A stretch of DNA of 64,000 nt, from contig CAWIIV010000020.1 of assembly GCA_963836205.1 (NCBI GenBank), positions 64,001 through 128,000 on the forward strand, read 5' to 3'. The notes below the pieces were generated by a model, which made no database searches, was not told where the DNA came from, and saw only the letters and a list, made by a program, of their open reading frames with translations. The stretch is from an uncultured Acidimicrobiia bacterium. Lineage in GTDB: Bacteria > Actinomycetota > Acidimicrobiia > Acidimicrobiales > AC-14. This document shows, piece after piece, positions 10,451-22,582 of the stretch. The position numbers and the translations under genes were made by a program. How positions within the stretch are numbered: the first letter of the stretch is position 1; every line of letters begins with the position of its first letter.

Positions 10451-13400
10451 TCCGGGGCCTCCGTTGGAACAGGGGTGGTCCAGGCCACGGCATAGGTGGC
10501 CGATGGACCGTCGATGAGCAGGGTCGTTGCCTGGTAACGGCGGCCGTCGGTGACGATTTCCAACCCGTCGCCGGTCTTCTGGGTGACTTCGAAGTTGCGG
10601 GGATTGCCCATGAACCCGGTGCCCCGGGCCTTGGCCACCGCCTCCTTGGCCGCCCAGAAGCGGACGAGGGCGGTGGTGCGGGCGTGGGCGTCGTGGGCGT
10701 CGTGGGCGTCGCCGGCGTCGCCGGCCTCCGTCTCGGCGTCGAGCAGGCGGTGCTCGGCGGAGGTGAAGCCGATGCGTTCGGTGTCGAGGGCGCGATCGTC
10801 GACCGCCTCCACGTCGATGCCGACGGGGCCGTCGGGCGACACCATGGCCACGCCGAGGTCGCCGCTGTGGGCGATGGAGACATGCAGCCGGCCTCCGCCG
10901 GGGAACGGTCCCGTGACCCGGGGCTGGCCGGAGGGGTCGTTGGAGACGGTGATCTCGCACGGGAAGACGGGGCCGTGGCCGTGGTCCCACAGCCATCTGG
11001 CGGGTGGCGTCCTTGGCCGCGATCCGGCCGAGGAGCCACTGGCGCTGGCGGCGGGCGTTGAGTCCGTCGTACTCGGCCCGCTCGGCGGCGTTGAGGTAGC
11101 GCCGCATCATGAGCTCACGGGAGGCGGTGCCTGGCCAGCGCTCACGGACCAGGCACCACCCACCCAGCTGGGACTCGCCTACCCCAGCGATCTCGGGAGA
11201 GAACTTCACCCTCCAAATCTGTTCGTCGGTGGCAAAGCGCCTCGTGGTCCAGCCGTCGATCTCGCACCACGTGTCGCCGTCGGGGGTGCGGAGGGTGGCA
11301 TCGGCTCGCATCCCGGTCTCGGTGAGCTCGGTGATGCGGGCGGTGCAGGCCACCGCGTGGGTGGCGGGAGGCTGGGGCCCGTAGAGCCGGATGGCGTCGA
11401 CCGAGACGGGGAACACGGTGCGGTCGGATTCGACGCCAACCTGCATCCAGTGGCCGATGAGCTGGCCGGCGCTGTCGAGGAGGGCACCGGGCGTGGGCAG
11501 GGGCCGGAGGACGCCCCGGATCCCGTCGTCGGCGATCGAGGTGACCTCGGTGACGCCGGCGAAGCGGGGACCGTGGAACATCCACCGGTCGTCGTAGAGC
11601 TGGGCCGCCGAAACCGGCGGGGTGCGCTCGCCGGCGAGGGGCTGGTCGGTGGTACGGGGCGGCACCGGGTAGTTGTCGGCAAGGAGGACGGTCCCGCTGG
11701 AGTAGCCCTCGATGGTGACCTTGACCCGGTCAGGACCCTCCTCGACCGCGGTCACGGTGGTGGTCGTGGCCGGCGCCACCACCAGCCACCGCATGGCCCG
11801 GACGTGGGAGAAGCCGACGACCACGCGTCCGGGGACGAGCTGGCGGGCGGCGTCGGCCATGAGCTCGAGGAGGGTCGTGAGGGGCACGACGGGGAAGCGG
11901 TCGGAGTCGTCGTCCCAGTCGTCGGGCTGGAGAAGCAGGCAGTGGTCGCGCACGTACGGCATGGTGTCGAGGGAGAAGGTGCGTTCGACGGACGAGCGGC
12001 GGGGGGCGGTCGGGGTCGGTGCGGGGAGGGGGGCCGCCGACTGCCAGGCCGCGACGATGCGCCGGGCCGACTCGGTGGCCTCCTGCATGGCGACGCCGAG
12101 CTCGGCCAGGACGGGGCTGCCGCCGGGGGTGATGGGCGACGTCTCGATCGAGGGCCCGTCGGAGCCGACGATCCGGGGGGCGGAACCGTTGAGGCGGACG
12201 AGCGGCGTGCCCAGGTCGAGGCGGACGGTCGTGCGCGTCCGGGCCACCGGGCTGGTCGCCGTCTCGGGGCCGTCCAGCCGATCCCACCGCACGTCGCGGC
12301 CCTCGGTCCACAGGGCGGCGGCCACCCGCCGGAGCTGGGCCAACCCCGAGCGGGACGCCACGTTGGCCGTAACCGCCAGGTAGCGCTCGTCTTTGAGGGT
12401 GTCGTCGACGAAGCCGGGGAGGCTCCCCGGACCGACCTGGACGAAGGCCCGCACGCCCTCGGCGTGGAGGCGGCGGGTGAGCGGCCCGAAGCGCACCGGC
12501 TCCAGCAGGTGGCGGACGACCAGGTCGCGCACGGCGGTGGGATCGTCGGGGAAGGGGCCGACGGTGGTGGCCGACCAAACCGGCACCGACGGCCGGTGAA
12601 GTGGCAGCCGGTCGAACGAATCCCGCACCGGGCCGAGGTAAGGAGCGAGCATCGGCGAGTGGAAGCCGGACTTGAACGGCATCGGCTGGGCCATGACCTG
12701 GTCGGCCCGCAGCCGCTCGACGGCGATGTCGACCGACCGGCGGGAGCCGCAGATCACCGACTGGTGGGGGCAGTTGTCGTGGGAGACGGCGACATCGTCG
12801 AGGCCGGCGAGGGCGGCCGCGGCTCGGTCGGCGCCGCAGCCGAGGGCGGCGTACACGAGGTCGGGCACCTCGACCGCACCCGGGCGGAGGGTGGCGACGA
12901 AGGCGTCGATGGCGGCCCGGTCGTAGAGGCCGGAGGCGATCATGGCCGTCCACTCCCCCAGGCTGTGGCCGGCCATGACGTCGGGGGCCACGCCGATGCG
13001 CCCGAGGGCGTCGGCGAGAAGTCGTCCGACGGCGATGATGTCGAGTGAGCGCTCGACGAGATCGTCGCCGCCGGAGAGCTGGGGCCGAGCCAGGCGGAAG
13101 TGCTCGGCCACGTCGTCCACCCTGGGCACGAACTCAGGCTCGAATCCGGGGAAGAGGAACGCGATTTTATTCGTCGATTTGACGAGAAGAGGATCGGCGG
13201 TGAACCAGAGATCGCTGCGCCCCTGCCACGGCGTGCCCCGGGCGGCGACCTTCCGCGCAAGGTTCAGTTTGCGAGTGGTGGGCGCTACTATTGCCAGCCG
13301 CACCGCTCCGCCTGCCGGATCGACGCCTGAAGAGCCGGCGACCCGGAGCAGCTCGTCGTCGGACGACGCCAGCCGACGGCACATCTCGTCGGGGCTCGAC

Positions 13401-14887
13401 GCAGCCAGGAGGAGCACACGCTCCGCGGGCTCGGTCGTGACCCGGACCCGCGACCGCGGGCGGGCGGTGCGCCATCCGGGCGCCTCCTCCAGGACCACGT
13501 GGGCGTTGATCCCACCGAAGCCGAACGCGTTCACCCCGGCCCGGCGGGGACTCACCGCGGTGGCCCGGTCCCACTGCTCGAGCTCGGTCACCGGCCGGAA
13601 GCGGGTGGGCGCCAGCGCCGGGTGAGGCTCCTCCACGTGCAGCGTCGGCGGGCGGACGCCGTGGTGGACGGCCAGGGCGGCCTTGATCAGCCCCGCGATC
13701 CCGGCCGCGGGCATGGCGTGGCCGATGTTGGACTTCACCGTCCCCAGCCCGACCAGCTCGGCCCCCGGCGTCCGGCGGCCACCGAAGGCCCGGGCCACCG
13801 TCTCCAGCTCCGCCTGGTCGCCGGCAGGGGTGGCGGTGCCGTGGGCCTCGAGCAGACCGATGGCGTCGGGCGCGGTCGGGTCGAGGCGAGCCTCGGTCCA
13901 CGCCTGCTCCACCGCCAGCAGCTGGCCGGCGGACAGCGGGCTCATGAGGCTCGAAGCCCGCCCGTCGCTGGCCACGCCCGTCCCCCGGATGACGGCGTAG
14001 ATCCGGTCGCCCGCCCGTTCGGCGTCGGCCAGGCGCTTGAGGAGCACGATGCCGGTGCCCTCTGACATGAGGGTGCCGTCGGCCCGCCGGTCGAAGGGAC
14101 GGATGGCCTGGCTGGGGCTGAGGGCCTTGAGCTGGGTGAACACGCTCCACAGGGTGGCCACGTGGCAGTGGTGGACGGCTCCCGCCAGCACCGCGTCGCA
14201 CCGGCCCGAGGCCAGCTCCCGGACGGCGTGGTCGACTGCCACCAACGACGAGGCGCAGGCGGCGTCGACCGTGTAGGCCGGTCCCCGGAAGTCGAAGCGG
14301 TTGGCCACCCGGGAGGCGGCGAAGTTGGGGACCAGGCCGATGGCCGACTCGCCTGAGGCCGGTCCGAGCTGGTCGTCGAACGCGGTGCGCACGGCGTCGA
14401 GCTGCGCCCCTGTGATGCCGGGGACGAGCTCCCGCAGCAGGGAGAGCACCTGGTGGCTGGTGCGCACCCGCTGGTCCATGCGGGCGCTGGCCGGGGTGAT
14501 GTAGCCGCCCCGGCCGATGATCACGCCGATGCGGTTGCGGTCGGGCAGGCGGTCGTCGCCGCCGGCGTCGGCGATGGCCTCGGCGGCCGTGCGCAAGGCC
14601 AGGAGCTGGTCGGGCTCGGTGCCGGCCACCGCGTTGGGCATCACGCCGAAGGCGGCGGGGTCGAAGTCGGCCAGGCCGTCGACGAAGCCACCCCGCCGGC
14701 AGTAGAAGCGGTCGCTGGCGAAATGGCCGTTGACCGCGGTGGGATCGAAGTAGACGTCGGGGTCCCACCGGGATGCGGGCACGTCGGTGATCGAGTCGAC
14801 CCCGTCGCAGATGTTCCGCCAGAACGTCGGCACGTCGCCCGCGCCCGGGAAGACGGCGCCGATTCCCACGATGGCCACGTCGATCAT
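10447..14887 (-). CDS. Type I PKS: KS-AT-DH with fused C-terminal phosphopantetheinyl transferase (frameshift near 10995)
   Basis: KS DAACASSL, EAHGTAT, KSNIGH; AT GHSLGE and SGFHS; DH-like RDHCLL..PVVP; PPTase SIAHS, VGIDVE, FWAAKEAVAKA. Confidence 0.9.
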
Positions 14888-17800
14888 TCGGCGGGGTCCA
14901 GACCGAGCACGGTGGTGTACATGACTTGTGCCGGCCCGTCGGGTCCGGCCGCCAGCTCGGCCAGGAGGGCGGCCACGCCTTCGTCGGGGTCGATGGTGGT
15001 CAGTCCCCGACGGGCGTACTCGGCCTCGAGGGAGGCCGACACCATGCCCCCGCCGGCGGCCGACCACGGTCCCCAGTCGACGCTGACGACCCGGGCCCCG
15101 CCCAGGCGGTGGCGCCAGACCCGGGCGAGGGTGTCGAGGGCGTCGTTGGCGGCGGCGTAGTCGGACTGGCCCCGGTTGCCGTAGACGCCGGAGACGCTGC
15201 CGAACAGGGCGAGGAACCGGAGGCCGGCCGGGCGCAGGGCGTTGGCCAAGGCGGTGGCACCCGCCACCTTGGTCTCGTAGACCCGGGCGAAGGACTCGGG
15301 GGACTTGGCCGCCAGGAGGGCGTCCTCGCAAACGCCGGCGCCGTGGACCACGCCGTCGAGGCGGCCCCGGCGGGCGTAGACGTCGTCGACCACGGACCCC
15401 ACCGCGGCCGGGTCGCGCACGTCGGCCACGTGGTAACGAACGGAGGCGGCGTGGGCGGAGAGGGCCTCGATCGTGCGCCCGGACCTCCCTCTCGGCCAGG
15501 ATGCGGCGCACCATGGCCTCCACCTCCACCGGCTTGCGCACACCGGACTCGATGACCGAGTGACGCAGGCCGATCTCGTCGTCGGCGCGGGCGGTGGCGG
15601 GGGCCTCGGGGCCGGTGGGCGGGGGCGTGCGTCCGACGAGCTCCACGTGGCAACCGGTCGCGGCGGCGATGGCGATCGCGACCCGGGCGGTGATCCCCCG
15701 GGCGCCGCCGGTGAGGAGGACGACGGCGTCGGGGTCGAGATCGAGGGCGTGGGCCGCGAGCGCGGGAGCCTCGACCACGGTGAGGGTCGACCGGGTACCG
15801 TTCGTGTAGCCGACGACGGTCGGGGCGGAGCGGGTGGCCAGCTCGTCGAGCAGGTGGCGGGCCACCTTCTGGGGCGCCTCCTTGGTGTCGACGTCGACCG
15901 CCCGCACCAGCACGTCGGGGAACTCGTGGGCGAGGGTGCGGGCCAGTCCCCGAACGCCGGCGCCGGGGGTGGGATCGGTGGACTCCTCACCGGTCCAGCG
16001 GTGGCCGAAGGTGCCGGCCGAGCCGGTGGCCAGCAGGAGCGTAGGCGCCCCCGCCAGGAGGACCCGGCGGATCCCGGCGAAGGCGTCGGGGAGGACGGCG
16101 GCCGAGCCCGGCCGGAGGGCGGCCAGGTGGACGACCTCGTCGTCGGCGTCGAGGGCGTCGCAGTCGTCGGTGCTGAGGACCGACGCGCCCCGCTGCTCGA
16201 GCAGGTCGGCCAGCTCCAGGCCGATGCCCCGCCCGTCGTCCACGACGATGAACCGGCGGCCGGCGAACGACAGGGGGGCGGGCGCGGGGTGGTCGATCCG
16301 GCCGAGCTCGACCAGGTAGCGCCGCATCCCGTTGCCGCCGGATCCATCCGAACCGGTGACGCTTTCGGTCGTCCAGGGACCTTCTGCATGACCAGTTGGC
16401 CCCGGGCTCCGAACCGGTGACGTTTTCGGTCGTCCAAGGGCCGTTCGCGTCACCAGTTCGAGGGGTGCGCTCGGCCGGCGAACCGGTGACGGATCCGGTG
16501 GCCATGAACCCTGGATCTGTCACCAGTTGGGTTGGGGCGGCGATCGGGAGGAGGTGGTCCTCCAGCCAGGCGACGATGCCGGCGATGGTCTTGATGCGGG
16601 CGAGGTCCTCGATGAGGCTCTCGTCGATCGTGGCGCCGGCGCCGCCCATGCCGAGGCGGTCGGCGAACTCGCCGATCATCTCGGTGCGCTTGATCGACCC
16701 GATGGACAGGTCGGCTTCCAGGTCGAGGTCGGGGTCGAGCATGTCGCGGGGGTAGCCAGTGCGGGCGCTGACGATGTCGAGGACGACGGCAGTGAGGTCG
16801 ACGGGCGCGTCGGGGATCGCCGGATCGGGAGCGGGGACGGTTGCAGCAGCAACGGAGGCGGTGTTGGCCGGCACTCGCTCGGTGGCGGCGACCACGATCG
16901 GTGCCGGGGCCGCGCCCAGGTAGGCGAGCATGACGTCCCGCTGGGCGGCCACCAGGTCGCGGGTTGACTGGAGGAACTGGAGGACGGTGGCGTCCCGCTC
17001 GGTGGTGGCGACCGCGGGCACGGCGCCGGGATGCGCGTCGCGGGGCATGAGCGTGGCCGGCCGCAGTCCACCGACCAGGGGCTGGCCGTCGGCCCGGCGG
17101 ACGAGGTGGCCGTCGACCAGCCAACCCGGCCTCGCCGGGACGTCGGTCAGCCTGACCAGGCGGGCTCGGCCGTCGAGAAGGGCCTGGGTGTCGACCGGGA
17201 CGCCGGCCACCGCCAGCTCGGCCAAGGCGAGGAGCAGGCGGCGCAGGCCATGGTCGCCGGGGAGGTCGCAGGCCACCACCGTGTGGGGACGGTCGCCGAG
17301 GATGGCGCCCACGAGCTTGGTGAGCACGCCGCCCGGCCCGGTTTCCACGAACACGCGGGCGCCGGCCTCGTACATGGCCTCGATCTCGTCGACGAACCGA
17401 ACCGGGTGGGCCAGGTGACAGGCGAGGGCGGTGCGCAGGTCGTCGCCGTGGGGGGCGGCGGTGGTGTTGGACCAGACCGGGAAGGCGGGGTCGGCCACCT
17501 CGACATCGGCCAGGGCCGCCGCGAACGTCGTCGCGGCCCCGGCCACCACCGGGCTGTGGAAGGCGCACGCCACCGGCAGTCGCTTCGAGGGCAGGCCGGC
17601 GGACGCCAACCGGGCGATGGCCTCGGCCAGGGCCGGCTCCGTCCCCGAGATCACCGTCTGCAGGGGGGAGTTGTGGTTGGCGACCACGATCCCGTCGACG
17701 CCGGCGATGGCCGCGGCCACGTCGGCCGCCGATGCCGCCACCGCGGCCATGCCGCCCGGATCGGCACCGGCCGCGTCGAGCACCGCCGCGGCCCGGGCCG

Positions 17801-20800
17801 CGCTGAGGGTGAGAAGGTCGTCGGCGGCGATAGCGCCGGCTGCGGCCAGGGCCACCAGCTCGCCGTAGCTGTGGCCGCCGGCCAGGTCGGGACGGACGCC
17901 CACCGATGCCAACACCTCGTACATGGCCAGCCCCGCGATCCCGAGCGTCGGCTGGGCCGAGCGGGTGTCGGTGATGGCTGCCTGCTGCGCCGTCTTGTCG
18001 TCGCGGCCGAAGGCGAGGGGCGGGAACATCACCGACGCGTACCGCCCACCGGCCAGCCGCAGGAGCCGCTGGAGCCGGGGGAAGGCCACGAACAGGTCGG
18101 CCAGCATCCCCGGCCGCTGGCTCCCCTGCCCCGGGAACAGGAATGCGACCTTGCCGGGGTCCCCGTCTTCGGCGGTCAGCCTGTTGGCTGGCTCGGCGGC
18201 AGCCAGCCCGGCGGCTCGGCCGTCGGCAGCGGCGCGCACATCGTCGGCGGCGGCGGTGACCGGCCCGTGGGTGGCGGCGAGCCGGTTGGCTGGCTCGGCG
18301 GCTGCCAGCCCGGAGGCTCGGCCGTCGGCGGCGGTGAGCGCGGCAGGGAAGACGCCGTCGCCGATAGTGCCGGCCCGCAGGCGGTCGACTTTGGCCGACA
18401 GGTCGTCGAGGTCGTCGGCCACGATGGCGGAGACGCCGGCCATCGCCAACTGGTGACGATTTCGGGGGCCATGACCCCCGGATCCGTCACCGGTTCGGGT
18501 CACGGCGACGGTGAAGGCCAGATCCCGCAGGGCCCAGGGTCGGCCGGCCCCGTCGTTGGCGGCGATGAGCTCGGCCAGGCGGTCGACGTCGGCCGGACTC
18601 CGGAAGAGGAACAACTCGGCCGGCCACTCGTCGAGCCCGTGGGCGGGCTCGGCCGCACCGTCGTAGCCGGCGACGACGGCGTGGAAGTTGGTCCCCCCGA
18701 AGCCGAAGGCGCTCACGCCGGCATACCGACCACCGGGTGCCGCCGGCCACGGACGGGCGCCGGGCGAGAAGGCGAACGGGCTCGACGCCGAGTCCCAGTA
18801 GGGGTTGGGCTCGGTGAGGTGCAAGGTCCCCGGGCGGACCCCGGTGTGAAGGGCCAAGCGTGGTCTTGATCAGCCCGGCCAGCCCGGCCGCGCACTTGGT
18901 GTGTCCCACCTGCGACTTCACCGAGCCCAGCACGGCCGAACCGGGCGCCGATCCGGCGGCGATGAACATCTCGGTCAGCGCCGCCAGCTCGGTGCGGTCG
19001 CCCACAACCGTCCCCGTGCCGTGGGCCTCGACCAGGCCCACCGCGGCCGGCGACACCCCCGCCATCCGGTACGCCCGCTCCAGCGCCGCCTGCTGCCCCT
19101 CCCGGCGGGGAGCCGTGAGGCCCAGCGATTTCCCGTCGCTCGACCCCGCCACCGCCTTGACGACCGCGTAGACCCGGTCGCCGTCGCGCTCGGCGTCCTC
19201 CAGCCGCTTGAGGACGACGCAGGCGACGCCTTCGCCGAGGGCGATCCCGTCGGCCTCGCCGTCGAAGGTGGCGCAGCGCCCGCTCGGGGACAGGGCGTGC
19301 ACCGAGGCGAACATGAGGTAGTCGTGGATGCCGTTGTGGAGGTCGCCGGCGCCGCACAGGACCATGTCGCTGGTGCCGGTGCGCAGCTCCTTGCAGGCGA
19401 TGTCGAGGGCGGCCAGGGACGCGGCGCAGGCGGCGTCGACCGTGTAGTTGACGCCGCCCAGGTCGAGGCGGTTGGCGATGCGGCCGGCGATGACGTTGCC
19501 GAGCACGCCCGGGAAGGAGTCCTCGGTGAGCCTGGGTAGGTGCTCGTCGAGGGCGGCCGGCAGCTCGCCGAAGTAGGCGGGGAAGGCGGAGCGCAGGTTG
19601 TAGGCGGAGGCGAGGTCGGTGCCGGCCTCGGCCCCGAAGATCACAGACGTGCGGTCGCGCCGGAACGGGCGCCCACCTCCGTAGCCGGCGTCGGCCAGGG
19701 CCCGGGCCGCGACCTCCAACGCCAGCAGCTGCACCGGCTCGATGCCCACCAGCGACGACGGGGGGATGCCGTAGGCGAGGGCGTCGAACGGCACCGCCGG
19801 GATGAACCCGCCCCACTTCGACGGCGTGCGCGCCCCGGGGGTCCTTGAACGAGTCGCGGTCGTAGTAGAGGTCGGGGTCCCAGCGGGTGACGGGCACCTC
19901 GGTGACCGAATCGACCCCCGCCACCACGTTGGCCCAGAAAGCGGCCACGTCGGGCGCGCCCGGGTAGATGCAGGCCATCCCCACGATGGCGATATCGAGG
20001 GGACGGGCGTCGTCGGACCGGTCGACGGCGGCCGGGTCGAGGCCCAGCGCCGACACCCGTTCGGTGAGGAAGGCGTCGACCCCGTCGGTGACCTGGGCGT
20101 GCAGGCGAGGCGATGGTGGTGACGTCGTCCCGCAGGGCCGCGACCTGGCCGATCATGTACATCCCGTCCCGCTGCTGGTCGGTCTCGTCGACCGTCGCCA
20201 GCCGGCCCCCGTCCCGCTTGAGGCCCTTGGACGCGATCCGCAGCCGGCCCAGGTTGAGCTGCTCCAGCTCGGCCCACATCTCCTGTTGGGACGCGCCGGA
20301 CGCCGTCAGCCGGCCCCGGGCCTCGTCGAACGCCTCCACGTAGGGGGTGGGGGCGCAGCGGGTGGCGTGGCCGGGCGACGTCTCCAGCAGCACCGTCTCC
20401 CGGCACTCGACCGCCTGCCGTTGGAACCCGGGGAGGATGGCGCCCGCGGCCACCGCCTCCTCGGTGAACAGGTAGGCGGTGCCCATGAGGACTCCGACCG
20501 AGGCGCCCGCCGCCGAGAGGGGCGCGGCCGCGGCCGCCACCATGGCCGCTGACCGCTCGTCAGCGATCCCGCCGGCGAACAGGATGTGGAGGTCGGGCAC
20601 CGCCTCGGGCACCGCGAGCAGCCGCTCGATCTGGGTGTCCCACAGGGGGAAGCTCGCCCGCGGCCCCACGTGGCCGCCGCACTCGAAGCCCTCGAACACG
20701 AACCGGCGGGCGCCCTCCCGCAGGAAGCGGTCGAGGAGGCCGGGCGAGGGGACGTGCAGGTAGGTGGCGATGCCGGCCGCCTCGAGCGGTGCCGCCTGCG

Positions 20801-21932
20801 ACGGACGGCCGCCGGCGATGAGGGCGTACGGCGGGCGGACGTCGTGGACCACGGCCAGCTGCGCCTCCCGCACCTCGGGCGGGGTGAAGCCGAGGATCCC
20901 GACGCCCCAGGGGAGGTCGCCCAGCAGGTCCGACGTCTCCGTCAGCAGCCGGCGCACCTCGTCGCCCGTCATCAGGGCCAAGGCCAGGAAGGGCAGCCCG
21001 CCGTTCTCGGCCACGGCCAGGGCGAAGGCGGCCCGGTCGCTCACCCGGGTCATCGGCCCCTGGACCACCCGGTGGCGCAGGCCCCCGCCCGTGGCGGCGG
21101 TGGTCAGGTGGGCGCGAATCGAGTCCTGCACCGCCTGCACCACGCCGCCGGCGGTGACGAAACGGTCGGCCAGGGGGCGGGCGAGGGCGCCGTCCTGGCC
21201 CACGGGCACGAGGTGGGTATGGAGGTCGGAGCCGAGGCGGAGGGTCACGTCGCCGATGCCGTCGACGGCCAGGTCGGGCCGGGTGAACACCCGGTGGCCG
21301 CCGACCACCACCGTCTCGCTCCCGTCCATGGCCGCGATGGCGGCCGCCGTCTCCCGGGGCAGGACCGCCTCCCGAACCAGGGCGAGCTGGGTGTCGAGCA
21401 CGACGCCGACGGCCCCGCCCGCCACCGCCGCCGCTGCGGTGTGCAAGCCGATGCCGCCCGCGGCCCAGACGGGCACGTCCGCCGGAAGGTGGGCCAGCAG
21501 CGTCTGGAGCAGGACGAACGTGGTCAACTCCCCCACCCGTCCGCCCGCCTCCGCCCCCCGGGCGATGATCCCGTCGGCGCCGGCGGCAAGAGCGGCGTCG
21601 GCCTCGTCCCCGGAGCAGACCTCGACCAGGACGAGCCGCTCGGCGGCGTCGGCGGCCGTCCACGGCGAGCCGGAGGCCAGGACGACGGTGTCGACCTCGG
21701 GGGGGAGGTCGGCCGGTGTCACGGGGCAGCCCGGTCCGACCCTCACGCCGAACGACGCCGGCACCCACCGGGCGGCGTCGGCCAGGGCGGCGAGGGCTCG
21801 CCCGCGGTCACGTCCGAGGTCCAAGACGCCCAGTCCCCCGGCCCGCTCCACCGCCGCGACGACGGCGGCGATGGGCTCGCCGAGGGGCGTCACGCCGACG
21901 ACGAGACAGCGACCGAGAGGTTGGGACTGCAT
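14884..21932 (-). CDS. Type I PKS: tandem FabK/nitronate-monooxygenase-like ER - KS - AT - ACP - KR (about 5 frameshifts)
   Basis: ARGAEAGGRVG, VVQGPMTRVSD, EGFECGGHVG; KS DAACAASL, EAHGTGT, KSQVGHTK; AT FPGQGSQ, GHSYGE, AFHS; PfaA-type ACP LEADLSIGSIKR; KR LLTGGARGIT and YGNRGQSDYAAAN. Confidence 0.88.
16349..16530. repeat. Three clustered copies of a 51-52 bp palindromic (REP-like) element
   Basis: cgaaccggtgac...(gtc/atg)accagtt(c/g)g at 16349-16399, 16410-16460, 16479-16530. Confidence 0.85.
18170..18340 (-). repeat. In-frame duplication in the KS-AT linker
   Basis: AADGRA(S/A)GLAAAEPANRL occurs twice, period 105 nt. Confidence 0.8.
18446..18497. repeat. Copy of the 52 bp palindromic element, opposite orientation
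   Basis: ccaactggtgac..ccggatccgtcaccggttcg, close to the reverse complement of 16479-16530. Confidence 0.85.
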
Positions 21933-22198
21933 CGATCCTCTTCTTCTGCGGGGGTCAGAGGGACGTTCAACCGGCTCGCGTCGGGAGGACGCGTGGGCTT
22001 CTCCTGGCGTCAGGCCCGAATGACGGGAATATCGGCAAGTAGGCCGTTTGGCTTAAGGAGAACTCGTCGACCGGCTACCCCCCCGTCCTCGGAGACCCCG
22101 GGCTGGGGGCCGCCGCTCCCCCAGGCATCGGTCGCGATCGGCGGGTCGGCTCTCGCCGTGCTCGAACGGGTGGGGGAGTTTGGTGCGATCATGTCCTG

Positions 22199-22525
22199 AT
22201 GCGGCGGACTTCAGCGGCGATCGCAGTCGGATTCGTGCTCGCGTTCCTGGGCGGCTGCGGGGGCGGCAGCGACGATCCCCCGCCCACCACCGTCACCACC
22301 GAGCCGGCCCCCACCACCACGCTCGTGCAGGGCGATCCCCAGGGCATCGCCTGCCTCGAGGTGGCCACCGAGGGCCTGAAGCTGCGCAACGACTTCAATC
22401 TCGCGTCACGGGGCGTCATCGCGCCCGACCCGGAGCCCTACCGGCAACGGGCCGTCGCCCTCCGCGCCGAGCACGCCCGCCTCGGCTGCCCCGGCGACCT
22501 CCTCAAGGGATTCCTCGAGAGCTGA
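22199..22525 (+). CDS. Small lipoprotein
   Basis: Signal peptide with LGGC lipobox, Thr/Pro linker, two further Cys. Confidence 0.75.
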   Translation: MRRTSAAIAVGFVLAFLGGCGGGSDDPPPTTVTTEPAPTTTLVQGDPQGIACLEVATEGLKLRNDFNLASRGVIAPDPEPYRQRAVALRAEHARLGCPGDLLKGFLES

Positions 22526-22582
22526 TCCGCCCCGCGACCGCCCGCGGCGCGGCCGGCCGAGCCGGGGTTGGCTCTGGCGGGC

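Noticed and set aside
10118-16453. 2111 aa ORF as one giant protein
   Set aside because: It strings together part of the KR, the second PKS and the free ACP through frameshifts; internal starts overlap upstream stops.
16349-16530. Possible mini CRISPR array
   Set aside because: Units are ~52 bp hairpins with 10-18 bp gaps, occur dispersed in both orientations, and no cas genes are present.
21935-22190. Riboswitch in the PKS leader
   Set aside because: No recognisable aptamer consensus by eye; an Rfam/Infernal scan would be needed.
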